A stretch of DNA of 64,000 nt from Candidatus Saccharimonadia bacterium (GCA_041743505.1 JBGTMQ010000004.1:3602-67601); one strand, 5' to 3'. Positions 49,711-59,769 are shown, numbered from the stretch's first letter. Translations and numbers: made by a program. Notes: a model not told the origin generated them from the sequence alone.

Positions 49711-49770
49711 AGTGTTGTTAAATTGACTGTACTCTTAGCGTAAGAAGAATGCAAGTCTTTTTTACAACAC
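49711..49770 (-). promoter_or_regulatory. wHTH promoter flanked by inverted GTGTTGTAAA-like motifs
   Basis: TTGCAT(49754-49749)-17-TACAGT; TTTTTACAACAC at 49759-49770 and AGTGTTGTTAAA at 49711-49722. Confidence 0.55.
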
Positions 49771-50056
49771 GGCTCCCGATCAGCATATGGCTCCCCAAGA
49801 CCGCGTATGCCCTCAAGCCGACGTAATCGGCCACTATCATTCACCTCCCTAGTACATCGAGTGCACTGGATGCACTATTCCAGGCTAGTTTATGGCTTGG
49901 CATAAGCCCAAAATCATCCTATTCTTTCAGCCACTGCACTCAATGCATACCCCGGGCACTAAAAAAGCTTAAGCCCGTCAATAAACTTGACTTAAATCCA
50001 AGAAAACATTAAAAATAATGCATTCGACCTAGTCGCGCACATTCCAAGGAGCCGTC

Positions 50057-50527
50057 ATGCCTGATGGATATTTCGCCGTCGCTGGACATGTAGACAACTT
50101 CGTCAGCCACTCGAGGATGCTACGAATGGAAGTACTTCCCTCAGCCTTAGCCGAACCACTAATCCGAATGGTCAATGACATTCTGGGAGTGGTACGTTAT
50201 ACCAACAAGCATGCCGTCATCCGCCTGCCCGCTCAACCTTTGCACTATGCCAGCTGGAATATTCCAGACCTCGAATTCATGGTCAAGCCAGGGACAAACG
50301 TCGACGCGGGGCAACTCCGGGACCGGCTCCTTGAGTGGTTCAAGGCCTGGTTTGAAAAAGAAGAGCATTACTCAACAAAGCATCACGGGGAAAGCATCAC
50401 CAAGTCAGACCCTACCAGGCTCTTTACCATCCTCGACATCATTGTCGACGCCGACAGAGTTTGTGGCCTTAGCTACAACCTTCGCACCGGCCAAATCGAA
50501 GAGCAATGGGACGACGACAAAGAGTAG
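50057..50527 (+). CDS. Hypothetical protein
   Basis: AAGGAG RBS, TTGACT upstream, hairpin downstream. Confidence 0.6.
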   Translation: MPDGYFAVAGHVDNFVSHSRMLRMEVLPSALAEPLIRMVNDILGVVRYTNKHAVIRLPAQPLHYASWNIPDLEFMVKPGTNVDAGQLRDRLLEWFKAWFEKEEHYSTKHHGESITKSDPTRLFTILDIIVDADRVCGLSYNLRTGQIEEQWDDDKE

Positions 50528-50575
50528 TCCTTCAATCCTGACCGGGCGTACCATTGCCCGGTCTTATACTTTTAC

Positions 50576-51496
50576 CTAAACCCGCTTAGGCTTAGTCCTG
50601 GCCTTCTCCAAGCGATTCAATTTGTAATTATGCCAGCTCACCAACAGCGGCGAAGCGGTAAAGATCGACGAGTACGTACCTGAAGCCACACCAATCAACA
50701 ATGCCAAGACAAACGTCCGAATGCTCTGCCCACCGAACAGGAACAAAGCCAACAAAGTTAACAGAACCGTCAGCGACGTGTTAACAGACCGGGCCACCGT
50801 CTCCAAAATACTAGTGTTAACAATCTGCTCAAATGTCCCTTTCTCACGGCGCAAGTTCTCACGGATACGGTCAAATACCACAATCGTGTCGTGCACCGAG
50901 AAACCAATCACCGTCAAAATAGCTGTCACGAACAGCGCATCAATCTCGACTTCAAAGAAGTGCCCCAACAGCGAGAACAAACCCAATAGGAACAATGCGT
51001 CATGCAGCAGCGCCACAATGGCCATGACACCGAAGCTCCATGGCGACACCGGCGGCGGCGCGTTACGGAAGGCGTAGGCAATGTACAACACGATTGCCAG
51101 CGACACCAAAATCAAACTGATAATCGCGTTCCGGGCAATATCCTTAGATACAGTCGGCCCAACCGAGTCAAAACTCAGCTCCTCAATGTCAGCCTTAGCC
51201 AAGTTAGACTTAAACTTCTGGTGGTTCGCCTCATGCTGGGCAGCCGGCGCCGGATCACGGAAGCGAATCTGGGTCTGACCGGATCCACTCGGCACAACCT
51301 GAACGTCCTTGAAACCAAGTCCTTCCGCGGCCGCTTCCACCCTGGCAACTGACGCATCACCACGAACCACGCTGAGCTGGCCGGAGTTAAAATCAATGCC
51401 CAGATTAAGCCCCCACAGGAACAGGGAGATCGTACCTGGCACAATCATGATCAGAGAGATAGCATACCAAATTTTGCGCTTACCAATGATATTCAC
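50576..51496 (-). CDS. secF: Protein translocase subunit SecF
   Basis: LGIDF, VGPTV, ALLHD, GFSVHDTIVVFDRIRE, GTYSSIF. Confidence 0.96.
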   Translation of the reverse strand: MNIIGKRKIWYAISLIMIVPGTISLFLWGLNLGIDFNSGQLSVVRGDASVARVEAAAEGLGFKDVQVVPSGSGQTQIRFRDPAPAAQHEANHQKFKSNLAKADIEELSFDSVGPTVSKDIARNAIISLILVSLAIVLYIAYAFRNAPPPVSPWSFGVMAIVALLHDALFLLGLFSLLGHFFEVEIDALFVTAILTVIGFSVHDTIVVFDRIRENLRREKGTFEQIVNTSILETVARSVNTSLTVLLTLLALFLFGGQSIRTFVLALLIGVASGTYSSIFTASPLLVSWHNYKLNRLEKARTKPKRV

Positions 51497-52821
51497 GACT
51501 CGTTCTCCCCCGCCTTGAGGCCATACCAGCGCAGATTACGACCCCAAGATTGCCGGATAGTCAACCGCAACAGCGTCCGCGTCACCACCACAGCCGTAAA
51601 CATACTCACCAAGACACCCAGCGCCAACGTCACGGCAAAACCACGAATAATCGGCGTTGCGCCTGACGTGGCATACAGAATGGCGCAGGTAATGAGGGTA
51701 GACACATTACTGTCGCGGATACTAGTCCATGCCCGGTCAAAAGCTGCTTCCACTGCTGCCACGAAGCTCTTACCCGCCCGCAACTCTTCCTTCATGCGTT
51801 CAAAAATCAGAATATTAGCATCCACCGCCATACCAATACTCAAAATAAATCCGGCAATACCCGCTAGCGTCAACACGATAGTATAACCCGGCACAAAAGC
51901 ACTGAGCTTGTACAGCACCAAGGTAATCGTGGTGTACACGATCAGCGCCAGAACCGCCAGCACGCCAGCCAGCCGGTAGTGCAGCAACATAAACAGCGCT
52001 ACCACGCCCAGTCCAATTATACCGGCCAACAACGAGTGCTGCACGCTTTCCTTACCGAGACTTGGGCCGACTGACCGCTGCTCCACCAGAGTAACCGGCA
52101 CCGGCAACGCGCCGGCCGTAATTTCATCAGCGATTTTCTTGGCTTCCTTAATATCCAAATTACCACTCAAAATGGCCGTACCGTCGGTAATAGCCTCAGT
52201 ACGGGCCGGGCCAAAGGTCGGTTGGCCGTCAAGCAGAGTTAAGAGCAAGTTACCACTCTGGCTCATCGCAGTCGTCAAGTCGCCGAACTTTTTCGTGCTA
52301 TCACCACTCTTCAACTGAAGCCGGACGACAGGCTGTGACCGCTGTGGGTCATAATCAGCCGTCGCCGAGTCAACGTCCTTACCATCAACATTAAGAGGCC
52401 GCTGCTGGCCGGTCTGAGAGTTCACCTCCACAAATTGCAAGTTAGCCGTCTTGCCAATGCGATCAATAGCCTCGTTCACATCCTTGACTCCCGGCAGACT
52501 CACCGTCACCCGGTCGGACCCCTGCCGCTGAATCGTCACCTCGGACGTACCACCGAAGTTAGCCCGCTTGTTCATAACGACAATCAACGAATCGATTGAC
52601 TGCTGGCGCTCATTGGCCGGCACCTTAGACAGATCAGCCTGGAACACTAATTGGGCGCCGCCCTGCAAATCAAGACCCTGCTTAACCGAAAGGCTGGCCT
52701 TCTTCAGACCAAAGAATTGCAGAATCTGATCTTCGCGCGGTATCGCCAAAGCAGCGGTCACGATTGCCAGTAACAGGATTAATGCGAATTTAACGCGCAA
52801 ACTCATGATGGTACCAATCAT
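51493..52821 (-). CDS. secD: Protein translocase subunit SecD
   Basis: GLDLQGG, VGPSLG, GMAVDANILIFER. Start may be 52806. Confidence 0.96.
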   Translation of the reverse strand: MIGTIMSLRVKFALILLLAIVTAALAIPREDQILQFFGLKKASLSVKQGLDLQGGAQLVFQADLSKVPANERQQSIDSLIVVMNKRANFGGTSEVTIQRQGSDRVTVSLPGVKDVNEAIDRIGKTANLQFVEVNSQTGQQRPLNVDGKDVDSATADYDPQRSQPVVRLQLKSGDSTKKFGDLTTAMSQSGNLLLTLLDGQPTFGPARTEAITDGTAILSGNLDIKEAKKIADEITAGALPVPVTLVEQRSVGPSLGKESVQHSLLAGIIGLGVVALFMLLHYRLAGVLAVLALIVYTTITLVLYKLSAFVPGYTIVLTLAGIAGFILSIGMAVDANILIFERMKEELRAGKSFVAAVEAAFDRAWTSIRDSNVSTLITCAILYATSGATPIIRGFAVTLALGVLVSMFTAVVVTRTLLRLTIRQSWGRNLRWYGLKAGENES

Positions 52822-52916
52822 AGCTGATATCAGATAGGTTCGTCAATTTTTGGCTATGTCAAAAAGGGCCAACCCCAAAAGGTCGGCCCGTCGCAGCCAC
52901 CGTCACAAGCATGATT

Positions 52917-53465
52917 TTACGCCTGAACCGGCAAAAACTGATGCCCCTCCAGAACCACGAGTTCGTCCAATGGACTCGTATGAAACCTCACCGTCACCGG
53001 CCCCGAACGAAAGACCACAGTCGGATTAATAGACTTAATCGAATCGTCATCAAGCCAAACCCCCGCGTACTTTTGTGCGAAGTCGAAAAACCTGTCAAGC
53101 GGCACCACCATCTCAAGATGCTCCAAGCCGCTTGGATAATCAGGTTGGCGCTTCGGTGATGGCAGCTCTATCACCCAGATCTTATACGTCCCCACCCGGA
53201 GCGGCCGCCTCAGGCAGAAAATCGTAAAATCCCGGCCGTTATGTGAAGTTACGGTCAGCGTCTTGCTAAACGATCGTAAACTACACTGCATAACCTGGTA
53301 CTCATCGCTAGTCACAGTCCGGTAGCATAAATGATCAATCGGGCAGCCCCTGTAATCTTTCTCCTCAATTCCAGCTACTCTCATTGACTGAAGTGCTACC
53401 CTCACGAATTTCGTGTAATCACCGATAGCCTCTGCGATGTCCTGCAGCGCGGACAATCGAACCAC
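52917..53465 (-). CDS. VOC/YecM-like protein
   Basis: IDHLCYR, NGR, IELPSPK..YPSGLEHLEMV, VRFH..PL. Confidence 0.75.
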   Translation of the reverse strand: MVRLSALQDIAEAIGDYTKFVRVALQSMRVAGIEEKDYRGCPIDHLCYRTVTSDEYQVMQCSLRSFSKTLTVTSHNGRDFTIFCLRRPLRVGTYKIWVIELPSPKRQPDYPSGLEHLEMVVPLDRFFDFAQKYAGVWLDDDSIKSINPTVVFRSGPVTVRFHTSPLDELVVLEGHQFLPVQA

Positions 53466-53534
53466 TCCTCTCTCGCATCAAGAAACCCCGGAGAACCATG
53501 GCTCGAACGCCACAGCCTCCGGGGTAATCATAAA

Positions 53535-54089
53535 TCACGTCTGCTTTGCCAGATCCCAGCGGCTGTCCTCGTCCAGAGTTCCAGCCAGGTACTTCATGCC
53601 AGGCTTGCGGGCCTTACTGGCAACGACAAACCGTTCAGCCGCACTCGCCCGAAACTCGATGTACTCATCCACCATGCGACAGAATACCCACCAGTCTTGC
53701 TCCTCGCTAAGACCGGATACACCTCCCGCATAGCCGCGATAGAAGCCGGCGCCCTCATAGGGAAAATCTCCCGGCTCAAGCAAATCCGGCCGGAGGCGTG
53801 CCTCAGAAGAGTTTAGTCTGGTCCGCAAGCAAAAATGCAACTTTCCCTGGACATTCGCCAGCAAACCCTCGGGACCACCAATCCGTTCCTCTGTCCCGTG
53901 CTGGAGGCATACAGCCATGTTCGCCAGTGGATCCTGCCAGTCATGCTGGAGCGTTGAATCAAGTATCGCGCCCGCGATCATACAGCCGTCGCCGTACTTA
54001 CGACGTAGCACCTCAAAGTAAAACGAAGCGCTAAACCATGCCTGCATCCGCGACTGCAAATTCATCCCAAAATACAAATCGTCAGCCAT
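53535..54089 (-). CDS. GlcG/HbpS-like (DUF336) protein, putative
   Basis: C-terminal GDFPYEG...GGVSGLSEEQD. Confidence 0.5.
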   Translation of the reverse strand: MADDLYFGMNLQSRMQAWFSASFYFEVLRRKYGDGCMIAGAILDSTLQHDWQDPLANMAVCLQHGTEERIGGPEGLLANVQGKLHFCLRTRLNSSEARLRPDLLEPGDFPYEGAGFYRGYAGGVSGLSEEQDWWVFCRMVDEYIEFRASAAERFVVASKARKPGMKYLAGTLDEDSRWDLAKQT

Positions 54090-54191
54090 GTCGCCCTCCG
54101 CTCACGAAGAATCGGTACGCTTTCTTAAAATCATTTCAAGAAAACTAGGCCATGCTAACACGTCAACTGCCTACTCGCAACCAACTTGGAG

Positions 54192-54848
54192 CTATATCCA
54201 GCGTGCCACTACATTATCAATCCGGTCCGTCACGCTGGCCGGGTCAATCTTGTCTTCATCCGTATAATAATGCGACACGCTAAAGAAATTTTCCGGAATA
54301 TATAGGTAATACAGCTCGTCCATTTTGTGCTCTAGCCGCTCTATCACATCAGCCGGCCCCACAGGCACGGCCCCAATGACCTTCTCTGCGTATAAATGTT
54401 CCAAAAAATGCAGCGCCGCATCAAACGATATGCCGTTCTTCACGCCATCTGTGGCAATAATTACGTTACGGCCTTCCACCTGACTGGGATCAGCCAAACC
54501 ATGCTCACCCACAATAGTCGTCATTTCATACATATGGCGAAGTTTCTCTTCTTCAATATACGTCCGCATGTCCTCCATATACTCCTCCATCTCACCAGCT
54601 GAAATCATCGAGTTATAGGTAAAGAGGCCGGTCTGGTCCATAGTGCCAAGCACCAGTGATGAGTCGCCCGGAGCCGTAATGCGCGAGGTTAACAGTAACG
54701 CCAGGGTCGTATGCAGCCGCCTGGCTATTTGCTCCCCTACCGCCACGCCACCCGGAGATAATGCTAATACAACCGTATTCTCGTAACGGTACGACACAAG
54801 CTTATCTGCTAACAAATTCCCGGCCTCAGCCCGGTCATGAAAGTACAT
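54192..54848 (-). CDS. Phosphoribosyltransferase-like protein
   Basis: FHDRAEAG, VLALSPGGV, degenerate PRPP loop IATDGVKNG, AVPV. Confidence 0.8.
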   Translation of the reverse strand: MYFHDRAEAGNLLADKLVSYRYENTVVLALSPGGVAVGEQIARRLHTTLALLLTSRITAPGDSSLVLGTMDQTGLFTYNSMISAGEMEEYMEDMRTYIEEEKLRHMYEMTTIVGEHGLADPSQVEGRNVIIATDGVKNGISFDAALHFLEHLYAEKVIGAVPVGPADVIERLEHKMDELYYLYIPENFFSVSHYYTDEDKIDPASVTDRIDNVVARWI

Positions 54849-54918
54849 ATGTTAAGCATAGCAGGTATGCACTCAGAGCGCGAAATTCCGGTCAACTCTA
54901 ACCGCTATAATGATTAGC

Positions 54919-56871
54919 ATGAGTGAGGCCCGCCACTATTACCTGGTGACACCGCTAGCCTATACCGGGGCCGCGGATGCTTTTACGTATCATTCCAGCA
55001 GCCCCGTACCCACCGGCTCAGTGGTCCAAATACCCCTCGGCCGCCGCAGCAGCCTGGGCGTGGTTACAACCGAGCTACCCAAACCGGATTTTACTACCAA
55101 AGCCATCACCGGGGTACTGGATCTACCACCCATACCAGACTACTTGCACCAGCTAGCCGAATGGATGAGCCAATACTACGCCGCAAGCCCCAGCTCCGTC
55201 TGGAGCGCATTCCTGCCGGCCGGCCTAACCAAACAACGCCGCCAACCAAAATCCACCGAGCAAGCCGTCAAGGCACAAGGACTTCCCACTTCCCCGCTAT
55301 CAGATCAGCAAGCCAAGACGCTGTCGGATATTCGGCAGTCATCAAAAACCGCCCATCTTATTCAGGGCGTAACCGGTTCTGGCAAAACCCGATTATATAT
55401 GGAGCTGGCTGCCGAAGCACTAAGCAAACGCCGTTCCGTCATCGTCCTCGTACCCGAAATCACCCTCACCCCCCAGGTCGTAGCTCAATTCGAAACTACG
55501 TTCGGCGGGCAGGTCCTCACCACCCACTCCAAGCTGACCGAAGCTCAACGCAACCAAATCTGGCGGCGCGCCGTCACTTCCCGTGAAGCCGGCCAAGCTT
55601 GTGTAGTGGTTGGTCCGCGCTCATGCCTGTTCCTGCCATTGCACAACCCCGGTCTCATCGTTGTCGACGAGTGCCATGAAACCAGTTACAAGCAAGACCA
55701 GCATCCGCGTTATCAGACGCTTACAGTCGCCGCCAAGCTCGGCCAGTTGACCGGCTCGCGGGTGGTCTTTGGGTCGGCTACCCCCGGGCTTGGCGAGCTA
55801 TTCTTGGCCCGGCAAGGCCGCATTGAACATCATTTGTTAACGCAAAGATTTAACCAAATAACCCATTCTCAAGCCGAAATTATTGACCTGCGCAACAAAG
55901 ATTTATTCAAGTTGAGCAAATTTATTACTCAGCCACTATACGAGGCTATCAGCCATTCGCTCACCGGCAAACGCCAGAGCCTGCTGTACATGAACCGCCG
56001 CGGCAGCGCCTCGAGCCAGGTCTGCGGTGATTGCGGTCATGTCACGATTTGCCCGCACTGCCAACTGCCACTCACCTTTCATGCCGACCTCATGCGGCTC
56101 GTTTGCCATCACTGCAACTACCGCATCGCCAATGCAGCCGTTTGCCCCAACTGCCGCGGCGCTAATCTCCGGCTGCTAGGCGGCGGCACCAAGCGCATTG
56201 AGGCCGAGGTCGAACGGCTATGGCCTCAGGCACGCATCGCCCGGCTCGACCGCGACAGCGCCACCCTGCCTCACATCAAAGCCGTCTACAAAGGCCTGCG
56301 CGATGGCTCCATCGACATCGTCATCGGTACCCAAATGATCGCCAAAGGCCTCGACCTGCCCGCCATCGACACCATTGGTGTCGTCAGCGCCGATACCATG
56401 CTGCACCTGCCGGATTATACCGCCGCCGAGCGGACCTACCAGCTCCTGGCGCAAGTTAGCGGCCGGGCCGGCCGCGGCGACCGGCCCGGCCGGGTGCTCA
56501 TCCAGACCTACACCCCCGACCATCCTGCTATTATCGCGGCCGCCACCGGCGACTACCTGGGGTTGGCCGAAACCGAGCTAGCCTCCCGCAAAGCACTACG
56601 ATACCCCCCGTACGTCTATCTGCTCAAGTTAACCATTGCCGGCAAAACCCGCGATGCAGCCATCCGCGAAGCCGAAGAGCTTGCCTCCCGCATCCGGCAA
56701 TCCGGCCTCGAAGTAGTCGGACCGGCCCCAGCCTTCATTGAAACCCAAAGCGGCACCTTCCGCTGGATATTAACGATTAAATCCAGCCGCCGGCCACCAT
56801 TAGTAACCATCGCTCACAACCTGCCTGGTAGTCATTGGATGGCCGACCTCGACCCGGCAAACTTACTTTAG
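54919..56871 (+). CDS. priA: Primosomal protein N'
   Basis: GVTGSGKT, LVPEITLTPQ, DECH, four CxxC pairs, GTQMIAKGLD, QVSGRAGR. Confidence 0.97.
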   Translation: MSEARHYYLVTPLAYTGAADAFTYHSSSPVPTGSVVQIPLGRRSSLGVVTTELPKPDFTTKAITGVLDLPPIPDYLHQLAEWMSQYYAASPSSVWSAFLPAGLTKQRRQPKSTEQAVKAQGLPTSPLSDQQAKTLSDIRQSSKTAHLIQGVTGSGKTRLYMELAAEALSKRRSVIVLVPEITLTPQVVAQFETTFGGQVLTTHSKLTEAQRNQIWRRAVTSREAGQACVVVGPRSCLFLPLHNPGLIVVDECHETSYKQDQHPRYQTLTVAAKLGQLTGSRVVFGSATPGLGELFLARQGRIEHHLLTQRFNQITHSQAEIIDLRNKDLFKLSKFITQPLYEAISHSLTGKRQSLLYMNRRGSASSQVCGDCGHVTICPHCQLPLTFHADLMRLVCHHCNYRIANAAVCPNCRGANLRLLGGGTKRIEAEVERLWPQARIARLDRDSATLPHIKAVYKGLRDGSIDIVIGTQMIAKGLDLPAIDTIGVVSADTMLHLPDYTAAERTYQLLAQVSGRAGRGDRPGRVLIQTYTPDHPAIIAAATGDYLGLAETELASRKALRYPPYVYLLKLTIAGKTRDAAIREAEELASRIRQSGLEVVGPAPAFIETQSGTFRWILTIKSSRRPPLVTIAHNLPGSHWMADLDPANLL

Positions 56872-56962
56872 GTAAAGATTTCGCAAAATACTTGCATTTT
56901 GTAGTTATTTATGTCGTTATATAACAGACGTATCACCACGTAGACCTTAAGGGGTACAGCAC

Positions 56963-57283
56963 GTGACCATTAGCACTCTGCTCATCGTCATCGCCGCCCT
57001 GCTCGCCATTGCCGGTGGTATCGCCGTCGGCTACTTCAACCGCGAGCCGGTCGAAGCGGCTTTGGTGTCCGTCGGCGCGAGCGTACTTGGGGCCTTCGTC
57101 GCCATGCTGGTCGTTGCTATTTTGGAGGACCACCAGGTCCAACTCGATACTGGCCCCATCAAGCTTGGCGGATTTATGGCCATTACGGCTCTGACGCTGA
57201 GTACAATAGCAGCATTCGCATGGTTTGGGTTGCACTCGCAGCGCACTACCGTCAGCAAGCCACCCGCCATCCACCGCTACTAA
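56963..57283 (+). CDS. Small 3-TM protein, paralog A
   Basis: Hydrophobic; LEDHQVQL vs LIDYQIHL in 57414-57719; hairpin at about 57298-57328. Confidence 0.6.
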   Translation: MTISTLLIVIAALLAIAGGIAVGYFNREPVEAALVSVGASVLGAFVAMLVVAILEDHQVQLDTGPIKLGGFMAITALTLSTIAAFAWFGLHSQRTTVSKPPAIHRY

Positions 57284-57413
57284 ACCCCACCCGCCCCGGT
57301 CTACCGAGACGCCATCTCGGTAGACCCATTTCGTTTTATATTGCTTTTTGCACACATTTATGGTAATATGATAGAGACGACTCTCGTAGTTCATTGCCGA
57401 CCAAGGAGCAGCT

Positions 57414-57719
57414 ATGCTTATCGTAAATGCGGTCTGCATCATCACCGCCCTGGTTATCTTGGCGACCAGCATCGGCATCGCAATCGGCCATCACACCCGA
57501 AACGACGAGCTGAGTAGCCCAATCGGCCTTATCAGCCTCGTCCTAATCAGCGGCATCTGCCTCAGCCTCTTGGCTCGAGAAGCCCTGATCGATTACCAGA
57601 TTCACCTCAACACTACAGCCGTAGTAATCGGCACGGTGCTGACAATCATAACGCTGGTCACCAGCTCGATGACGTCCTATGTCCAGCTCCATCGCTCACC
57701 GCACATCGTTGCTCACTGA
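57414..57719 (+). CDS. Small 3-TM protein, paralog B
   Basis: AAGGAG RBS. Confidence 0.6.
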   Translation: MLIVNAVCIITALVILATSIGIAIGHHTRNDELSSPIGLISLVLISGICLSLLAREALIDYQIHLNTTAVVIGTVLTIITLVTSSMTSYVQLHRSPHIVAH

Positions 57720-57750
57720 GACCATATCCGGACCCCCAGAAAGGCGTGTC

Positions 57751-58065
57751 ATGACTCCTCAGGAAGCCTACATGCTGCTGACGCTCGGGATTTTCAAATG
57801 CGCCCTGATCTCCGCCTTCGGCTTGGGATTGATCCGCGAGAACTCCGCTGATAAGTCAGCGGGCATTAGCTGCCTTGTCAGCGGAGTTCTCCTCATAGGA
57901 GCACTTCTCTTGCTCTCCCCATACAGCCCGGCCTATGCGGGCGACAATTGGGTCGCCGGCCTGTTTGCTGCATCAATGTCTGTCGTAGCCCTAGTCACCA
58001 TGGTGGCAGGATGCTACGTTTTACCGGCACTGAACAAGCGCAAACCCGCACCCTTCGCCGCCTAA
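57751..58065 (+). CDS. Small 3-TM protein C
   Basis: GAAAGG RBS; long hairpin at about 58073-58105. Confidence 0.6.
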   Translation: MTPQEAYMLLTLGIFKCALISAFGLGLIRENSADKSAGISCLVSGVLLIGALLLLSPYSPAYAGDNWVAGLFAASMSVVALVTMVAGCYVLPALNKRKPAPFAA

Positions 58066-58308
58066 CAACCACAGGGCCCACGAATCGGATCGATTCGTGG
58101 GCCCTACCCATCGGTGCGTTCATCCTCAGCATCACGCAACGTGCATTTGGATGCTGCGACCCACACCCCACCGCCGGCCAGGGCACATCATCAAGCACTA
58201 ACCCGCATACAGACGTACCCCCTAGGGCCTGTCGAGAACCATTCTCGGCAGGCCCCCTTTCTCTCCACCGATGAGCGAAAACCACATCATCTGCTACACT
58301 ATAATTCA

Positions 58309-58875
58309 ATGACTGCCAAGGACATCATCACCATCCCCAACCCCGTGCTGCGCCAAAAAAGCCGGCGGATTGGTCATGTCGACGCATCGGTCCAAGAGCT
58401 GGCCGAACAAATGATCAAAGCCACCCTGGACTGGGAAGCCAGCCGCGAACATGAGTTTGGCGCCGCCTTAGCTGCCGTCCAAATCGCCCAGCTCTTCCGC
58501 ATTGTCGTCATCCGCAGCGACTTTGACGATAAAGCCAACAAAGAATTCAGTGTCTTCATCAACCCGGAAATCGTAAAATATGAAGGCACCCTCGTGTCAG
58601 AGCTCGAGGGCTGCCTCAGCGTCAAGGATATTTACGGTTCCGTCGAGCGCTATCCCAAGGTAAAAATTAAAGCCCTCAACCTTAACGGGCAACCCATTCG
58701 CGTTACCGCCACCGGATTCTTAGCCCGCGTCTTCCAGCATGAAATCGACCATACCAACGGCATCGTCTTCGTCGACCGCGTATCCGACCCCCGCAAACTC
58801 TACCGGCTCGACATCAGCGGCAAATTCAGCCCACTCGGTCACCATGAGCACACCGGGTCAAACCCGGTCAGCTAA
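58309..58875 (+). CDS. def: Peptide deformylase
   Basis: GAALAAVQI, EGCLS, QHEIDHTNG. Confidence 0.95.
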   Translation: MTAKDIITIPNPVLRQKSRRIGHVDASVQELAEQMIKATLDWEASREHEFGAALAAVQIAQLFRIVVIRSDFDDKANKEFSVFINPEIVKYEGTLVSELEGCLSVKDIYGSVERYPKVKIKALNLNGQPIRVTATGFLARVFQHEIDHTNGIVFVDRVSDPRKLYRLDISGKFSPLGHHEHTGSNPVS

Positions 58876-58878
58876 CCA

Positions 58879-59769
58879 ATGAGCAGCGAACCCAGCATCG
58901 TTTTTTTTGGCACCGGCCCCGTCAGCCGGCAATGCCTCGATGGTATTGCCGGCCACTTCGATTTGGAAGCCATTATCACCAAGCCAGACAGTGTTTCACC
59001 CCATGGCCGCACGCACCCGACCCCCGTCAAGGATTGGGCGGGAGAACATAACATCCCACTTCACCAGCCCGCAGACAAATCCGAATTAGCTGCACTCGTC
59101 ACCCCGGGCCATTTTACCAGCCGGGCCGGCCTGGTAGTTGATTACGGCCTAATCATACCCGAATCAGTTATTGCCACCTTCCCGCTTGGCATCATCAACA
59201 GCCACTTCTCGCTCCTGCCCGAATGGCGCGGCGCCGACCCTATCACCTTTGCCCTTCTCAGCGGGCAACCCGTCACTGGTGTCAGTCTCATGCGTATCGT
59301 CCCCACCCTCGACGAAGGCGACCTCCTCGCTCAAACCGAGTACCCGCTTCCACCCGGTATCACTATCAGCGTCCTCACTCAGGCTCTCGGTAGCCTAAGC
59401 AACGAGCTGCTCATATCCAAACTACCTGACTACTTAGACGGAATACTTCAGCCCTACCCCCAGGACAGCTCTAAACCCATCACGTATTCACGTAAGCTCA
59501 CCAAAGCCGACGGCACTATCGATTGGACTAAGCCGGCCGCACGACTCGAACGCGAGATCCGCGCCTACCAGGGTTGGCCCGGCAGCCGCACCACTCTCGA
59601 AGACACCGAGGTCACCATCACGGCTGCCCACACTTCAAACACCCCCCGCGAACCGCTCGCTTGTCCTACCAGCGACGGCTATCTGGTCATCGACCGGCTC
59701 AAGCCGGCCGGCAAACGCGAGATGTCGTCCGCCGAATTCCTGGCCGGACGGGCCAATCGCAAGGCTTAA
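58879..59769 (+). CDS. fmt: Methionyl-tRNA formyltransferase
   Basis: VFFGT, INSHFSLLPEWRGADPI, LDEGD; follows def. Confidence 0.95.
   Translation: MSSEPSIVFFGTGPVSRQCLDGIAGHFDLEAIITKPDSVSPHGRTHPTPVKDWAGEHNIPLHQPADKSELAALVTPGHFTSRAGLVVDYGLIIPESVIATFPLGIINSHFSLLPEWRGADPITFALLSGQPVTGVSLMRIVPTLDEGDLLAQTEYPLPPGITISVLTQALGSLSNELLISKLPDYLDGILQPYPQDSSKPITYSRKLTKADGTIDWTKPAARLEREIRAYQGWPGSRTTLEDTEVTITAAHTSNTPREPLACPTSDGYLVIDRLKPAGKREMSSAEFLAGRANRKA

Noticed and set aside
58114-58308. N-terminal extension of def in the ORF track
   Set aside because: Homology starts at MTAKDIITIP (58309), just after a -10-like sequence.
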